Sequence record: SRR31156797_8524
Strand: one strand, 5' to 3'
Length of the DNA: 40,643 nt
Shown here: positions 28,530 through 38,613 of the stretch, piece by piece
How the letters are laid out: each line of letters begins with the position of its first letter
Numbering within the stretch: the first letter of the stretch is position 1
Translations under genes and position numbers: made by a program
Notes under the pieces: model-generated
The model's input: the letters and a program-made list of their open reading frames with translations, nothing else
Told to the model about the DNA's origin: nothing
Databases searched by the model: none

Positions 28530-29120
28530 TCATTTATCAACCAGTGTGTATACCGCGACTCCAGGCATCGTCACTTCGGCCTTTTGCGCATAATGGTACC
28601 ATTCGGGGTCATTGATATAATAGATTGAGGATTTTCTCATCAAATAGGCGCCTCTTAACATCAGTGAAAGGGTCACCATCACCTCTTTTCCGGGAACCTC
28701 GTCTCCAATGCGCTCCAAGGCTCTGCTGTGACTGACAACCTGTGTATCAAATGAAAGTACCAATGGATTATGATGGTTGTTGGAAACAACCCATCCTTTT
28801 TCCACCAGACTTGTAATGAGCAGTTGCTGAAACGCCTTATCAAAAGGCGTGATGCCGGCGGGCGCCACATATACCGGATCCTGATGTTCAGGAAGCATCT
28901 TTAATACTTTGGCATCCATCATGTTTGCCACATTCCTTGCCAGAACGCTCCAATGGTGAACCGCCTGCATCTTTTGCTGGCTGGTTTGCGGGTAAAGGCT
29001 CGGGTAAGGAACTTCCGACATGACGGGTGCAACGGGCGTACTCTGAATATGCTGGCAACCTTCGAAAATAAACAAAACAGCAACTATCAACCATAAAACT
29101 CCCGGCATTCTCATGGCCAT
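28530..29120 (-). CDS. Hypothetical lipoprotein
   Basis: Lipobox FEGC and QKMQAVHHW motif. GGAGGAG RBS before ATG 29120. Confidence 0.75.
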   Translation of the reverse strand: MAMRMPGVLWLIVAVLFIFEGCQHIQSTPVAPVMSEVPYPSLYPQTSQQKMQAVHHWSVLARNVANMMDAKVLKMLPEHQDPVYVAPAGITPFDKAFQQLLITSLVEKGWVVSNNHHNPLVLSFDTQVVSHSRALERIGDEVPGKEVMVTLSLMLRGAYLMRKSSIYYINDPEWYHYAQKAEVTMPGVAVYTLVDK

Positions 29121-29308
29121 TTCGAACTCCTCCCTCAACGCTGCTCATGACTTTGGACAAGACCTATGGAATCATTATCAGCAGTATGGCCGGATTACTT
29201 TAGTTTTTTTTGAAATTATGGCCTCCGTCACTTGGAAGAAAGCCTGAAAGAAAAGAGGAAATGCTTTCAAACGGTACCGAGGGGATTCTGCTCATTGACA
29301 AAGAAGCG

Positions 29309-30349
29309 TCAGCTACTGGAATTAAAGGATAACGCCTCATATAAGGTTGGATTAAAGCCGGTCGATTTGGCCTCATACAATGCGGCATCAGCGCGCTCCA
29401 GCCACTCTTCCAGAGTGCAATCCTTTTCCCATTGCACAAGTCCGATACTGATATCCAGCCTTTCACCACGGGCTGAAATCACCTTCAAATTGCGTACGCC
29501 CCTTTGTAACCGCCCGGCAAGCACCTTTGCATCCTGAAGTGGCGTATCGGGCAACACCAGCAGAAATTCGTCGCCGCCCATGCGTACCAGCAAATCACAG
29601 CTCCTGACCTTCTGCTCAAGGCTTTTGGCAACCCGCCGTAACACAGCATCCCCTTCCGCGTGACCCAGGGTATCGTTAATCTGTTTGAATCCATCCAGAT
29701 CCATGCTGGCCATTGTCAGGGGATAGCCGTGCCGACGGGCACTATCCATCAAAGGATAAATCCGATCTTCAAATACCCTGCGATTGGATAAACCGGTCAA
29801 AGCGTCACACCGAGCCTGCTCAAACAGGTCCTCGTAGTCCAGGGCACGCTGCAAAGCTTCACGAAGCACGGATAAGGCCTCATCCATCAATTGCGTATGG
29901 ACAATATCCACCTTTTTCTCTTTGTGCAACAGAAGCAAAAGACCACTGCCACCGGGCGCCTCCAGTCGCCATTTGCAAATCCCGTATCCCGCTTCCACTT
30001 GATATTCGTCAAAGGATTTTTTACGTAAAGGAGAGAAGTTATTTCCGGCCAATGTTCTAACGGCATTTCTTTCAGGCCCATGACAGGAACAAAACAGGTG
30101 TTTCCTTCCCCGAATGGGATTGTCATATGCCAGCAAATTATGCTCGACCAGCGGCATAAGCCAGATGGAAAATGCCTCGATCATACTCGGCACGTCAATC
30201 GTCCCCGCAAGGCGTGAGTGCAACTGATTGATCAAACTCAAACGTTCCGAACACCGAATATAATGATCCAGTTTTACCACAAGATGATTCAGATCACCGG
30301 ATTTTCCAGTTTCACAATCGATTTCAGGGGCAGTTGATACGAAACTCAA
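29309..30349 (-). CDS. Diguanylate cyclase with degenerate GAF-like N-terminus
   Basis: DALTGLSNR, DLDGFKQINDTLGH, RSCD I-site, MGGDEF and ADAALY. Confidence 0.92.
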   Translation of the reverse strand: MSFVSTAPEIDCETGKSGDLNHLVVKLDHYIRCSERLSLINQLHSRLAGTIDVPSMIEAFSIWLMPLVEHNLLAYDNPIRGRKHLFCSCHGPERNAVRTLAGNNFSPLRKKSFDEYQVEAGYGICKWRLEAPGGSGLLLLLHKEKKVDIVHTQLMDEALSVLREALQRALDYEDLFEQARCDALTGLSNRRVFEDRIYPLMDSARRHGYPLTMASMDLDGFKQINDTLGHAEGDAVLRRVAKSLEQKVRSCDLLVRMGGDEFLLVLPDTPLQDAKVLAGRLQRGVRNLKVISARGERLDISIGLVQWEKDCTLEEWLERADAALYEAKSTGFNPTLYEALSFNSSS

Positions 30350-30392
30350 CGATAAATCTCCTTTCCTGCAAGAGTCTTTTCATTAAAAATAC

Positions 30393-30408
30393 AGCAATTT
30401 TTGTGCCA
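30393..30408 (-). promoter_or_regulatory. sigma54 promoter
   Basis: Minus strand reads TGGCACAAAAATTGCT (consensus). Confidence 0.85.
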
Positions 30409-30786
30409 CCATGGTTGCATTCTGATTTCTGCCACAGAATACCCCATGGAAAGATTCAATCAATGGATATTATTATGTATTTTCCAAGTACCCGAATCGC
30501 CCTGATTCCCCTTTGAAACACCTCCGCAAACCCTTTCACCATACTGGGCAAAAATTTCCCACTCCATACGTCAAAAAGCGGTCATGAAAAACCATATCTG
30601 AAATGGCTCGAAAAAAACATTTTAACATATGAAGCAAACGACCCATTTCATAACTCTCTACATCTTTTTAACCTCAGCTGTGGGTCCTATTTTATTGAAA
30701 ATATTTCCCTTGCCTTGCGGCATTTCCTGTGCCAATATCGCCTCATTTAAAAGCCGCTGGCTAGGATGGTCGGGTGGGGAAAAGAT

Positions 30787-30802
30787 GGGCACAAATTTTG
30801 CA
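30787..30802 (+). promoter_or_regulatory. sigma54 promoter
   Basis: GGGCACAAATTTTGCA upstream of stator set 2. Confidence 0.7.
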
Positions 30803-30964
30803 GAGCAAATAGCTGATTCTATTTTAGCTGATGGGAAACCGCTAATCTTTGAACGGCCCTATCCCTCAAGACTGGCGGAAAACGAAAACGCGTTATAATT
30901 TGTTTTTGGAAATTCATCGGGATTCCATTGTTTTTTTGGGGTGATTCACCTAGCCCCTAATATC

Positions 30965-30978
30965 GTCAATTTTTTGAC
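30965..30978. promoter_or_regulatory. GTCA-N6-TGAC box downstream of the promoter
   Basis: GTCAATTTTTTGAC, 20 bp before the ATG. Confidence 0.55.
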
Positions 30979-30997
30979 ATAGCTTTTAAAATTTCTT

Positions 30998-31822
30998 ATG
31001 GATATTGCAACAGTCATCGGCTTGTTGGGCGGAACGGCACTCATTGCCTCTGCAATTTTTTTGGGCGGCAGCGCCATTATGTTCCTGAACATTCCCGGAA
31101 TATTAATCGTTATCGGGGGAACTTTCGCGGCTTCTTTTATCAAATTCTCCATGAGTGATGTGATCAACTCCTTTAAGGTGGGGATCAAGGCGTTTAGCGT
31201 CCAGGTTGATCCTCCGGAGGAAAACATCAAAAAAATGACCAGCTTCGCAAAAGTGGCCCGAAAAGAGGGATTGATCGCCCTTGAAAAGGCCAAAGAAAGC
31301 ATGAAAAAATCCCAGAAAAAGAAGGGTGCCCAGGACGAATTCATCGGAAAGGCCCTTGATTATCTGGCCACGGGCTACGACCAGGAACTGATTGAAAACA
31401 TGCTGAACAAAGAAATCCGGATGACCAGCAAACGACACAGCATCGGCCAGAATGTCTTTAAGGGGATGGGCGACTCGGCCCCGGCTTTCGGAATGATCGG
31501 AACCCTTATCGGGCTGGTACAGATGCTTGCCAACATGTCGGACCCTGGAAGCATCGGACCCGCCATGGCGGTAGCACTGTTGACCACGCTCTATGGGGCG
31601 CTCATCGCTAACCTGGTCTGTCTGCCGCTGGCGGATAAACTGGCGCTCCGAAGCAAGGAAGAACAGGAGTCTCGAAACATTATTCTTGATGCGACCATTG
31701 GAATCAGTTCCGGAATGGCACCCATTGCCCTTGAAGAGTCCCTAAAGACGTACCTGAAGCCTAAAGATCGCCGCAAAAAAGGAAGTTCGACTGCCCAAAA
31801 AGGTGGTAAGACCAAGAAATGA
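30998..31822 (+). CDS. pomA: Flagellar stator A subunit, PomA-like, set 2
   Basis: MDIATVIGL, ARKEGLIALE, APAFGMIGTLIGLVQML and IGPAMAVALLTTLYGA. Confidence 0.88.
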   Translation: MDIATVIGLLGGTALIASAIFLGGSAIMFLNIPGILIVIGGTFAASFIKFSMSDVINSFKVGIKAFSVQVDPPEENIKKMTSFAKVARKEGLIALEKAKESMKKSQKKKGAQDEFIGKALDYLATGYDQELIENMLNKEIRMTSKRHSIGQNVFKGMGDSAPAFGMIGTLIGLVQMLANMSDPGSIGPAMAVALLTTLYGALIANLVCLPLADKLALRSKEEQESRNIILDATIGISSGMAPIALEESLKTYLKPKDRRKKGSSTAQKGGKTKK

Positions 31823-32556
31823 GAGAAGAATTCATTGATGACACCGAAATACCGGAAAAAGGCGCTCCCATGTGGGTGGTCACTTTCGGGGATTTAATGA
31901 GCCTTCTACTGTGCTTTTTTGTGCTGCTGCTCTCATTTTCAGAAATAGACGCTCAGAAATACAAAGAGCTTGCCGGAAGCATGGCCATGGCTTTCGGGGT
32001 TCAAAAATCGAAAAAGACCTTCAAAAGGCCCATGGGGCAGAAGATCATTGCGCGGGAATTTGAAAAGGCCCATATTGCCAAACGGGAAAAAGAGGAATTT
32101 GGCAAAGAGGTGAAAAAAGCCATCGTTGAAACCAAACTGGGGGATCTTAAAGACCTCATCCAGGTTGAGATTGCGGAGGACGAGGTGGTGATCAGCATGA
32201 TGGGAGAAACCACCTTTGATTCCGGAAAGGCGGATATCCGCCGCCAAATGCTGCCGCTTCTCAAAAAAATCGCCGTAGCGCTGCAAACCACACAAGGGCC
32301 CATCATTATCAGGGGGCATACCGACAATGTACCGATCAGCCGCGGCCGTTTTGCTTCTAACATGGAGCTTTCCGCGATCCGGGCCACAAAGGTTGCGCAA
32401 AAACTACTCTCATATGGACATATTGACCCACGAAGGCTTTCAGTCGCCGGATTTGGGGAATATCAGCCCGTGGAATCAAATGACTCATCGCAAGGAAAGG
32501 AAAAAAATCGAAGGGTGGAAATCGTACTGAAAGAAAAGGATCTTTCCCCAAAGTAG
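31819..32556 (+). CDS. pomB: Flagellar stator B subunit, PomB-like, set 2
   Basis: WVVTFGDLMSLLLCFFVLLLSFSE, plug KYKELAGSMAMAFGVQ, GHTDN and NRRVEI. Confidence 0.88.
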   Translation: MREEFIDDTEIPEKGAPMWVVTFGDLMSLLLCFFVLLLSFSEIDAQKYKELAGSMAMAFGVQKSKKTFKRPMGQKIIAREFEKAHIAKREKEEFGKEVKKAIVETKLGDLKDLIQVEIAEDEVVISMMGETTFDSGKADIRRQMLPLLKKIAVALQTTQGPIIIRGHTDNVPISRGRFASNMELSAIRATKVAQKLLSYGHIDPRRLSVAGFGEYQPVESNDSSQGKEKNRRVEIVLKEKDLSPK

Positions 32557-32662
32557 TTTTTACGGTGCCGGTCCTTCATGGTTTTTTCTCATGACATTCC
32601 GCAATAATACTTCTGAAAACGTTCCTCGTTCTCGTTTACGCCCACTGACAAAACGCAGGCAC

Positions 32663-33721
32663 ATGAAGAAACACATCGGATTCAACTTTCTCACCGCCTT
32701 TGCCTTTCGTTACCGGAAAGCAATGGGAACGGTGTTGTTTTCCGTCTTTTTGTTGAATGCATGGGGACAATTCTCCGAGACATGGGCCATTGATATCTAC
32801 CACTTCCTCGTGGAATACAAGAATGGAAGGATCGTTGAAAGGATCTTCCCGGAATCGCCAGAAAGCTACCAGATTACCTTCAAGGATTATGTGATCAAAA
32901 CAAAATTAATTGAAAAACGGCATTATTCGATGGACGGGTTCATTGGAACTTTCGGTGAAGACAGCTATGAGGCTCTGATGGCCGGGTATTTCGGATTCGG
33001 GCTGGAAGAACAGATCATTTTCAACCGACAGGCCCATGGATTGAAGCTCCATGTGGGGGCGCTGCCCCCCCCGGACAAAACCTCCGCCAGGTTGCTGGAA
33101 ATATGGAAATACATGGAGGATAAAAACGTTATGGTCCCCCATGAAAAAAAGGCGCCGAAGCCATCTTTAAAAACGGAGTCCCAAACCATTTTGAAGGCGA
33201 ACGCTGCCCGGGCTGCCGCTGGGGAAAAAACCGAAAAAGAGGAAAAAAAGCCCCGCACCTCCCATGAAAAACCAGAAAACATAACCCCGAAGACAAAAAA
33301 AAATATCTTAAACCAACCGATACCGCCCAATCCCCCACAAAGCCCGGAACCGGAAAAAATTGACGTATATCGCTTCCTGGTGCGCTATATCAATGACAAG
33401 ACCATGGAAAAGAGCGCCACAATAACACCTGAACAATATCAACAACGTTATCAGGGATATGTTAAAAAAACTGCGCTGATTGAAAAAAAAACCTATACTG
33501 AAAGCCGCTTCAAAAACGTTTTTGGCGAAAATGCCCACAACTTGCTGGTCCAAGGCAATTTTGGCGTCAGTGATATCGAAATGATCATGCAAAGCAGAAT
33601 GGAGAGAGGCATGCCGCCTCGCGAGAATGTCCTGCCCAAGCCGGGGGCCGAATCTGAACAACTTTCCAAAAAGCTGGAACAGCTCTTACGGAATAAAAAT
33701 TTTACGCTCCGGGGTCCGTAA
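32663..33721 (+). CDS. Hypothetical exported protein with internally duplicated domain
   Basis: Signal-like segment ending TWA, then two ~110 aa homologous domains joined by a Lys/Pro-rich linker. Start uncertain (32591, 32663 or later). Confidence 0.75.
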   Translation: MKKHIGFNFLTAFAFRYRKAMGTVLFSVFLLNAWGQFSETWAIDIYHFLVEYKNGRIVERIFPESPESYQITFKDYVIKTKLIEKRHYSMDGFIGTFGEDSYEALMAGYFGFGLEEQIIFNRQAHGLKLHVGALPPPDKTSARLLEIWKYMEDKNVMVPHEKKAPKPSLKTESQTILKANAARAAAGEKTEKEEKKPRTSHEKPENITPKTKKNILNQPIPPNPPQSPEPEKIDVYRFLVRYINDKTMEKSATITPEQYQQRYQGYVKKTALIEKKTYTESRFKNVFGENAHNLLVQGNFGVSDIEMIMQSRMERGMPPRENVLPKPGAESEQLSKKLEQLLRNKNFTLRGP

Positions 33722-35624
33722 TGGAATCCCCCAGGGCTTTCTCAATGGTTCTGGCCATATCGCGCGGCCTTATGGGCTTCATCATCAACGCTTTAATACC
33801 GATTTCACCGGCCATTTTTTCATCAACCATATCATGGTGTCCGCTGAAGAGAATAATGGGAATATCCGGTCGGATCTTCAAAAGTTCTTCAGCCAACATA
33901 AGCCCTGTCATTTGAGGCATGCTCATATCCGTGATCACCAGATCAAATTCATCGGGATGACGGCGGAAAGCCTCCAGCGCCTCTTTGCAATTGCTTTCGG
34001 CTTTCACTCGATAACCCAAACGTTTCAGGATGGATTCGCCCGACTGCGCCACCAATTCATCATCATCCACAAGCAGAATGCTCTCTCCCCCACCCGTGGG
34101 GATGTCGGAGAGCTTTGACGGTTTCCGGCCGATTCTCCTGGCCCTGGGGAAAAAGAGGTCGAAACGCGTCCCTTTTCCCGGTTCGCTGTGGACTTCCACC
34201 GCACCCCCGTGATTTTTGACGGCGCCTTGGACGACCGCCAACCCCATTCCCGTTCCTTCACCGGTTTCCCGGGTCGTAAAAAAGGGATCAAAGATTCGTT
34301 CCAAAACCTCCGAAGGGATACCGACACCCGTATCGCTGACGCTCAGTTTGACATATTCTCCAGGAGCCAAACCGTCATGAAAAGATATATTCTCTTCATT
34401 CAGCGAAACATTCACAATTTCCACCTTCAAAACCCCGCCGGTTTTTTTCATGGCCTGAGCCGCATTGGAATAGAGATTCATCAACACTTGATTCATCAGA
34501 GAAGGCTCAAATGTGATGATCCCGGACTCCTTTGGGATCTCCTCACGAATTTCAATGAAGGTTGGAATGGAGACTCTCAATAACTTCAAAGATTCCTTTA
34601 CAAGGGGAATAATATCGAGCGGTTTCGGATCGTACTCGTTCTGATGACTGAAGTTCAGAATCTGGGTCACAAGATCCGCCGCCCTGGTACAGGCTTTCTC
34701 CACCCGTTGAAGGTTTTTGATACCCGGATTCTCCTCGCCGATATATGTGGACATCAATTCCGTATTCGCACCAATAATCCAAATAATATTATTAAATTCA
34801 TGGGCAATACCGCCCGCAAGGGTTCCAAGGGCCTCCATTTTCTGCTTTCTTGTAAAATTTTCAGCATCCTTTCTTTCTTTCGAAAAATCATGCATAAATC
34901 CAAAGATGTAGCTCATGCAATCCTCATCGTCACGAATGGCATCGAACCTCTGCCAGAGAGGAAAATTGCGTTTTTTCACATCAATGCTGTCCAATACACC
35001 TTCCCATCCCTTCCCCTCATTAAGGGCGGGCAGGACCTCCGATTCCAGGATTTCGGCTGATTTTGCCGTCAGAAAACTACCATAATTCAATGTCAGGGCT
35101 TCCCCGTAGGAACAGCCGAACAGTGCCTGGTAGGCAGGGTTGACATAAATCACCTGTCCATTCAAGTCCCATATGGCAACCGCTTCATTTGAAAAGTCGG
35201 TCACCGCCTTAAAGAGATCGAGATCTTTACGATTTCGCTCAATTTTTTCCTTGAGTTCAGCTTTCTCCAGGCATGAAGATACGCTATAGTAAAGGCTCTG
35301 AAGCTCCACCGGTTTGAACAGATAGTCATCGGCTTCAAGCTTCAACGCCTTGACCGCCAGGTTGGAACCCCTATTGCCCGTGAGGACAATTACCGGAACT
35401 TCATGATGCATTTTTTTTGCCGCAACCAGCACCTGAAACCCATCCACCGGTTCCATGATCAAATCCGTCAAAATAAGGTCAAACCGTTTTTCACCCAATA
35501 GATCAATTGCTTCTTGAGGATTGTCAATCGCTGTCACACGATACCCCATTTTTGAAAGGGCCTTATCGAGAAATGTTAGGATTGCGGTGTCGTCATCCAC
35601 CACTAAGATTTCAAAGCTTTTCAC
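33702..35624 (-). CDS. Cytoplasmic hybrid histidine kinase (REC-PAS-HisKA-HATPase-REC)
   Basis: ILVVDDD, YVNPAY, LAGGIAHEFNN, MNLYSNA, DTGVG, FDPFFTT, GTGMGL and a C-terminal VITDMSMP. Confidence 0.93.
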   Translation of the reverse strand: MKSFEILVVDDDTAILTFLDKALSKMGYRVTAIDNPQEAIDLLGEKRFDLILTDLIMEPVDGFQVLVAAKKMHHEVPVIVLTGNRGSNLAVKALKLEADDYLFKPVELQSLYYSVSSCLEKAELKEKIERNRKDLDLFKAVTDFSNEAVAIWDLNGQVIYVNPAYQALFGCSYGEALTLNYGSFLTAKSAEILESEVLPALNEGKGWEGVLDSIDVKKRNFPLWQRFDAIRDDEDCMSYIFGFMHDFSKERKDAENFTRKQKMEALGTLAGGIAHEFNNIIWIIGANTELMSTYIGEENPGIKNLQRVEKACTRAADLVTQILNFSHQNEYDPKPLDIIPLVKESLKLLRVSIPTFIEIREEIPKESGIITFEPSLMNQVLMNLYSNAAQAMKKTGGVLKVEIVNVSLNEENISFHDGLAPGEYVKLSVSDTGVGIPSEVLERIFDPFFTTRETGEGTGMGLAVVQGAVKNHGGAVEVHSEPGKGTRFDLFFPRARRIGRKPSKLSDIPTGGGESILLVDDDELVAQSGESILKRLGYRVKAESNCKEALEAFRRHPDEFDLVITDMSMPQMTGLMLAEELLKIRPDIPIILFSGHHDMVDEKMAGEIGIKALMMKPIRPRDMARTIEKALGDSITDPGA

Positions 35625-35801
35625 TATTTATCTCTCCTGCTCAGAAAAGAAAAACTTCTTAACGCTTTTGACGTAAAAGCGAAAACAAATTGAAAAACGA
35701 TTCCGGTCTACCCCACATTTGGGCATTGGACGGCAGCTTAACCGATTAGATTTGAAATGTCAATAATATCCAAGAGTTGTTTTCCTCACCACATTCATTG
35801 C

Positions 35802-35831
35802 TTGACACCCGGAACACTTTTTGCCTAGAAT
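35802..35831 (+). promoter_or_regulatory. sigma70 promoter candidate
   Basis: TTGACA-N18-TAGAAT. Confidence 0.55.
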
Positions 35832-35860
35832 CCTCTCTCACAAAAACGGGAGAGGCCCCA

Positions 35861-36922
35861 ATGATCATCGCGAAATGCTCGAGTTGCGGAAAGACTTACA
35901 GAATTCCCAAAGAACGGTTGCCGACCGGAAAGAAGGTTTCATTTTCATGTCCGAACTGCAAGGGACGTATTGTTTTGGATTTGAGAACATCAAGCGTCGG
36001 CAACCCCCTCTCACCCCATCGGTCCCAAATCCAAAGTAAAAAAAAGCTGAATCACACTGAACCCACACCGGGTGAAGCACTTCAATTGCTGAATCGCATT
36101 GAGCGTTCCATAAAAAATATTCCATTTATGCCTCAGGTGGTAATAAAGGCCCAAAAGGCCATGGCCGATTCCAATATCGGGGGAAAGCAATTGGCCAACA
36201 TTCTGCAGACGGATCCGGCGATTGTCACCATCATGCTGAAAATCGCCAATTCAGCCTACTATGGCCTCAGCGGAAAGGTCTCATCCATAGAAAAGGCCTG
36301 CGTAATCCTGGGTTACCAGACAGTCAAAGACCTCATCATGACAACCGGGGTATCCAATTTGTTGGGAAAAAAATTGAAAGGATACGGTTTTGATTCCGGT
36401 GAATTGTGGATGCATTCCATAGCCGTAGGGATAGCTTCAAAAATGATTGCCGCCAAAATAAACCCCGAACTGTCGGATGATGCCTATTTGAGCGGTTTAT
36501 TGCATGATTCGGGCAAGATCATACTTGATCCATACATTCTGGAACGTAAGAAAGTCTTTGATCTTTTTTTAGATAGCGGAGACCAAACCAATGTTGAGGC
36601 GGAAAAACACATTCTGGGGTTTGATCATGCTGAAATTGCGTCTAAAATCTGCAAAAAATGGAATATCCCCAAAGAAATAACAACCGCCATCCGAAATCAT
36701 CACCATCCCTCTGCTTCCGGAAAGCATGCGCTTTCCTACATTGTTCATACGGGAGACTGCGTCGCCAGACTGTGCGGTCTTGGGTATGAGGAAAATGACA
36801 TCTTGTATGAGGCGGAAAAAGGAGCCATTGAATTTTTGGGCCTCGACCGGAAAATCCTGAGCAAAATGATGCTGGAGGTCCTTGAAGCCGTACAGCAAAT
36901 CGGCCAGGCGCTCAGAATGTGA
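35861..36922 (+). CDS. Zinc-ribbon + HDOD domain protein
   Basis: CSSC and CPNC, DPAIV...KIANSAYYG, LWMHS, GLLHDSGK, GFDHAEI and IRNHH. GGAG RBS before ATG 35861. Confidence 0.9.
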   Translation: MIIAKCSSCGKTYRIPKERLPTGKKVSFSCPNCKGRIVLDLRTSSVGNPLSPHRSQIQSKKKLNHTEPTPGEALQLLNRIERSIKNIPFMPQVVIKAQKAMADSNIGGKQLANILQTDPAIVTIMLKIANSAYYGLSGKVSSIEKACVILGYQTVKDLIMTTGVSNLLGKKLKGYGFDSGELWMHSIAVGIASKMIAAKINPELSDDAYLSGLLHDSGKIILDPYILERKKVFDLFLDSGDQTNVEAEKHILGFDHAEIASKICKKWNIPKEITTAIRNHHHPSASGKHALSYIVHTGDCVARLCGLGYEENDILYEAEKGAIEFLGLDRKILSKMMLEVLEAVQQIGQALRM

Positions 36923-37017
36923 TGCGACTTCCCATCAGCCACCCGCCCAATCCATCAGCAGAGAGTCCCTTGAAATGACCCCCCCAAAAAAGCTATGATA
37001 TGAAAGTTACGTGAATC

Positions 37018-37401
37018 ATGTGTGAAAAAAAAATATGGGTTTTGTTGGTGGAAGACAACAAACTGGTACGAAAATTGAAGTCAATACAACTGCATAAAGC
37101 CGGTTTTCAAATGCTGGTTGCCGAGGATGGTGAAAAAGCCCTTGATATTCTGGAATTCTGTGCGCCGGATTGTATCTTGTTGGACATTCTGATGCCCAAG
37201 ATGCACGGACACGCTTTTCTGACCGCCTTGCGAAAGAAAGATAAGCGCCTTCCGGTCATTATTATGAGCGAAATTCACAAGGATGACAGGCTCGTGACAA
37301 CCATGGAAAACCTGGGAATTCAAGGCTGGATTTCCAAACGGACGTCTGACCTGGAAACCGCCGAACTGATTAAAAAGACGGTGTTAACCTCAGACCAATA
37401 G
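37018..37401 (+). CDS. Single-domain response regulator
   Basis: VLLVEDN, ILLDILMP, IIMS and ISK. Confidence 0.88.
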   Translation: MCEKKIWVLLVEDNKLVRKLKSIQLHKAGFQMLVAEDGEKALDILEFCAPDCILLDILMPKMHGHAFLTALRKKDKRLPVIIMSEIHKDDRLVTTMENLGIQGWISKRTSDLETAELIKKTVLTSDQ

Positions 37402-37451
37402 TTGATTGGGTATGCGGATGAGCGCATAAATAGCGGGAGACAATCACAAAA

Positions 37452-38417
37452 ATGAACCCCGGCCATCCATCAATTGCCAAAATTTCCCGGATCGAATCGG
37501 CTTCGACGGGAAGTATTTTCTATCCCGACGGGTCAAAATACACCGGCCAATTGAAAAACGGTCTGAGGCATGGGAAAGGAACCCTTATCAACCCCAAGGG
37601 AGCCATCCGGTATCGGGGCGAATGGAAAATGAATCTTCCTGATGGAGACGGAACCTCTTTTCATTCCGGTGGAAAAACCTATGCAGGCAACTGGGTGTCC
37701 GGTAAGCCGGAAGGAGAAGGAACGCTCCGAATTTCCCCGGGGGCCCATTACACCGGAGGATGGAAAACCGGAAGATTTCACGGGCAGGGGAGTTATGCTT
37801 CGCCGGATCGGCAATACAAAGGTGACTGGCGCGAGGGAAAAAGGCACGGTCATGGAACCTACCGATGCAAAAAGGGAACCTACCGGGGCCAATGGGAAAA
37901 CGGCCGTTTTCATGGAGAGGGAACGCTTTGCTATGCCGATGGTTCCTTGGTGTATGACGGTGAATGGCAGAACAATATCCCCCACGGCCCAGGTACGCTT
38001 ACCTATCCCGGCGGTATTGCCTACGAAGGGGAATGGAAAAACGGGTTTCCCCACGGAAGGGGCGCCTTGCGTTTTCCAGAAGGCGCCTACGTGGGTGACT
38101 GGTGGAATGGGGCATTTCACGGTCAAGGAGTCCTCTCTTTCCCGGACGGTACCCGGTACACCGGGGAGTGGCGCCGTAACAGAATCAATGGGCATGGAAC
38201 CATCGCCTTTTCCGACGGCGAAAAATATTCCGGCGACTGGGAGGACGGCAGACGACATGGTCAAGGGGTTTATACGTTTCCAGACGGGGAAAAATACATT
38301 GGAGACTGGCGAAACGACCGGCGTCATGGCAAAGGAACCTTCACCAGCTTCAACGGAACAACCTATGACGGCCAATGGAAAAATGGAGAATTCGTGAAAA
38401 CCGTTCCAATTCTCTGA
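37452..38417 (+). CDS. MORN repeat protein
   Basis: About 12 repeats of YxGxWxxGxxHGxG. Confidence 0.92.
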   Translation: MNPGHPSIAKISRIESASTGSIFYPDGSKYTGQLKNGLRHGKGTLINPKGAIRYRGEWKMNLPDGDGTSFHSGGKTYAGNWVSGKPEGEGTLRISPGAHYTGGWKTGRFHGQGSYASPDRQYKGDWREGKRHGHGTYRCKKGTYRGQWENGRFHGEGTLCYADGSLVYDGEWQNNIPHGPGTLTYPGGIAYEGEWKNGFPHGRGALRFPEGAYVGDWWNGAFHGQGVLSFPDGTRYTGEWRRNRINGHGTIAFSDGEKYSGDWEDGRRHGQGVYTFPDGEKYIGDWRNDRRHGKGTFTSFNGTTYDGQWKNGEFVKTVPIL

Positions 38418-38597
38418 CAATTACAATTCTTTGACATGGACAATTACCGGGCCTGCCATTTCCCAAATACCCGGCGGCTTTTTCCCGGAAAAATCGGAAT
38501 TATTTTCATTATCCCCATAAATATTGACTCACTTCTGATCCAATTTCCACTGTCGGCCTTATTACCGCTTCTCCCACCAAGAAGTAACAACCCCATT

Positions 38598-38613
38598 CGG
38601 CATGCATATTGCT
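38598..38613 (+). promoter_or_regulatory. sigma54 promoter
   Basis: CGGCATGCATATTGCT upstream of the MCP gene. Confidence 0.75.

Noticed and set aside
35665-35745. Possible c-di-GMP-I riboswitch (CCGGTCTA...GGACGGCAG...ACCGA)
   Set aside because: The GGCAAA / GNRA P2 half is missing and I could not build the pairing. An Infernal search with the c-di-GMP-I model would settle it.
37533-38420. Long overlapping ORFs (295 aa on the minus strand, 251 aa in another plus frame) over the MORN gene
   Set aside because: They are expected by-products of Gly/Trp-rich repeat codons and have no recognisable motifs.
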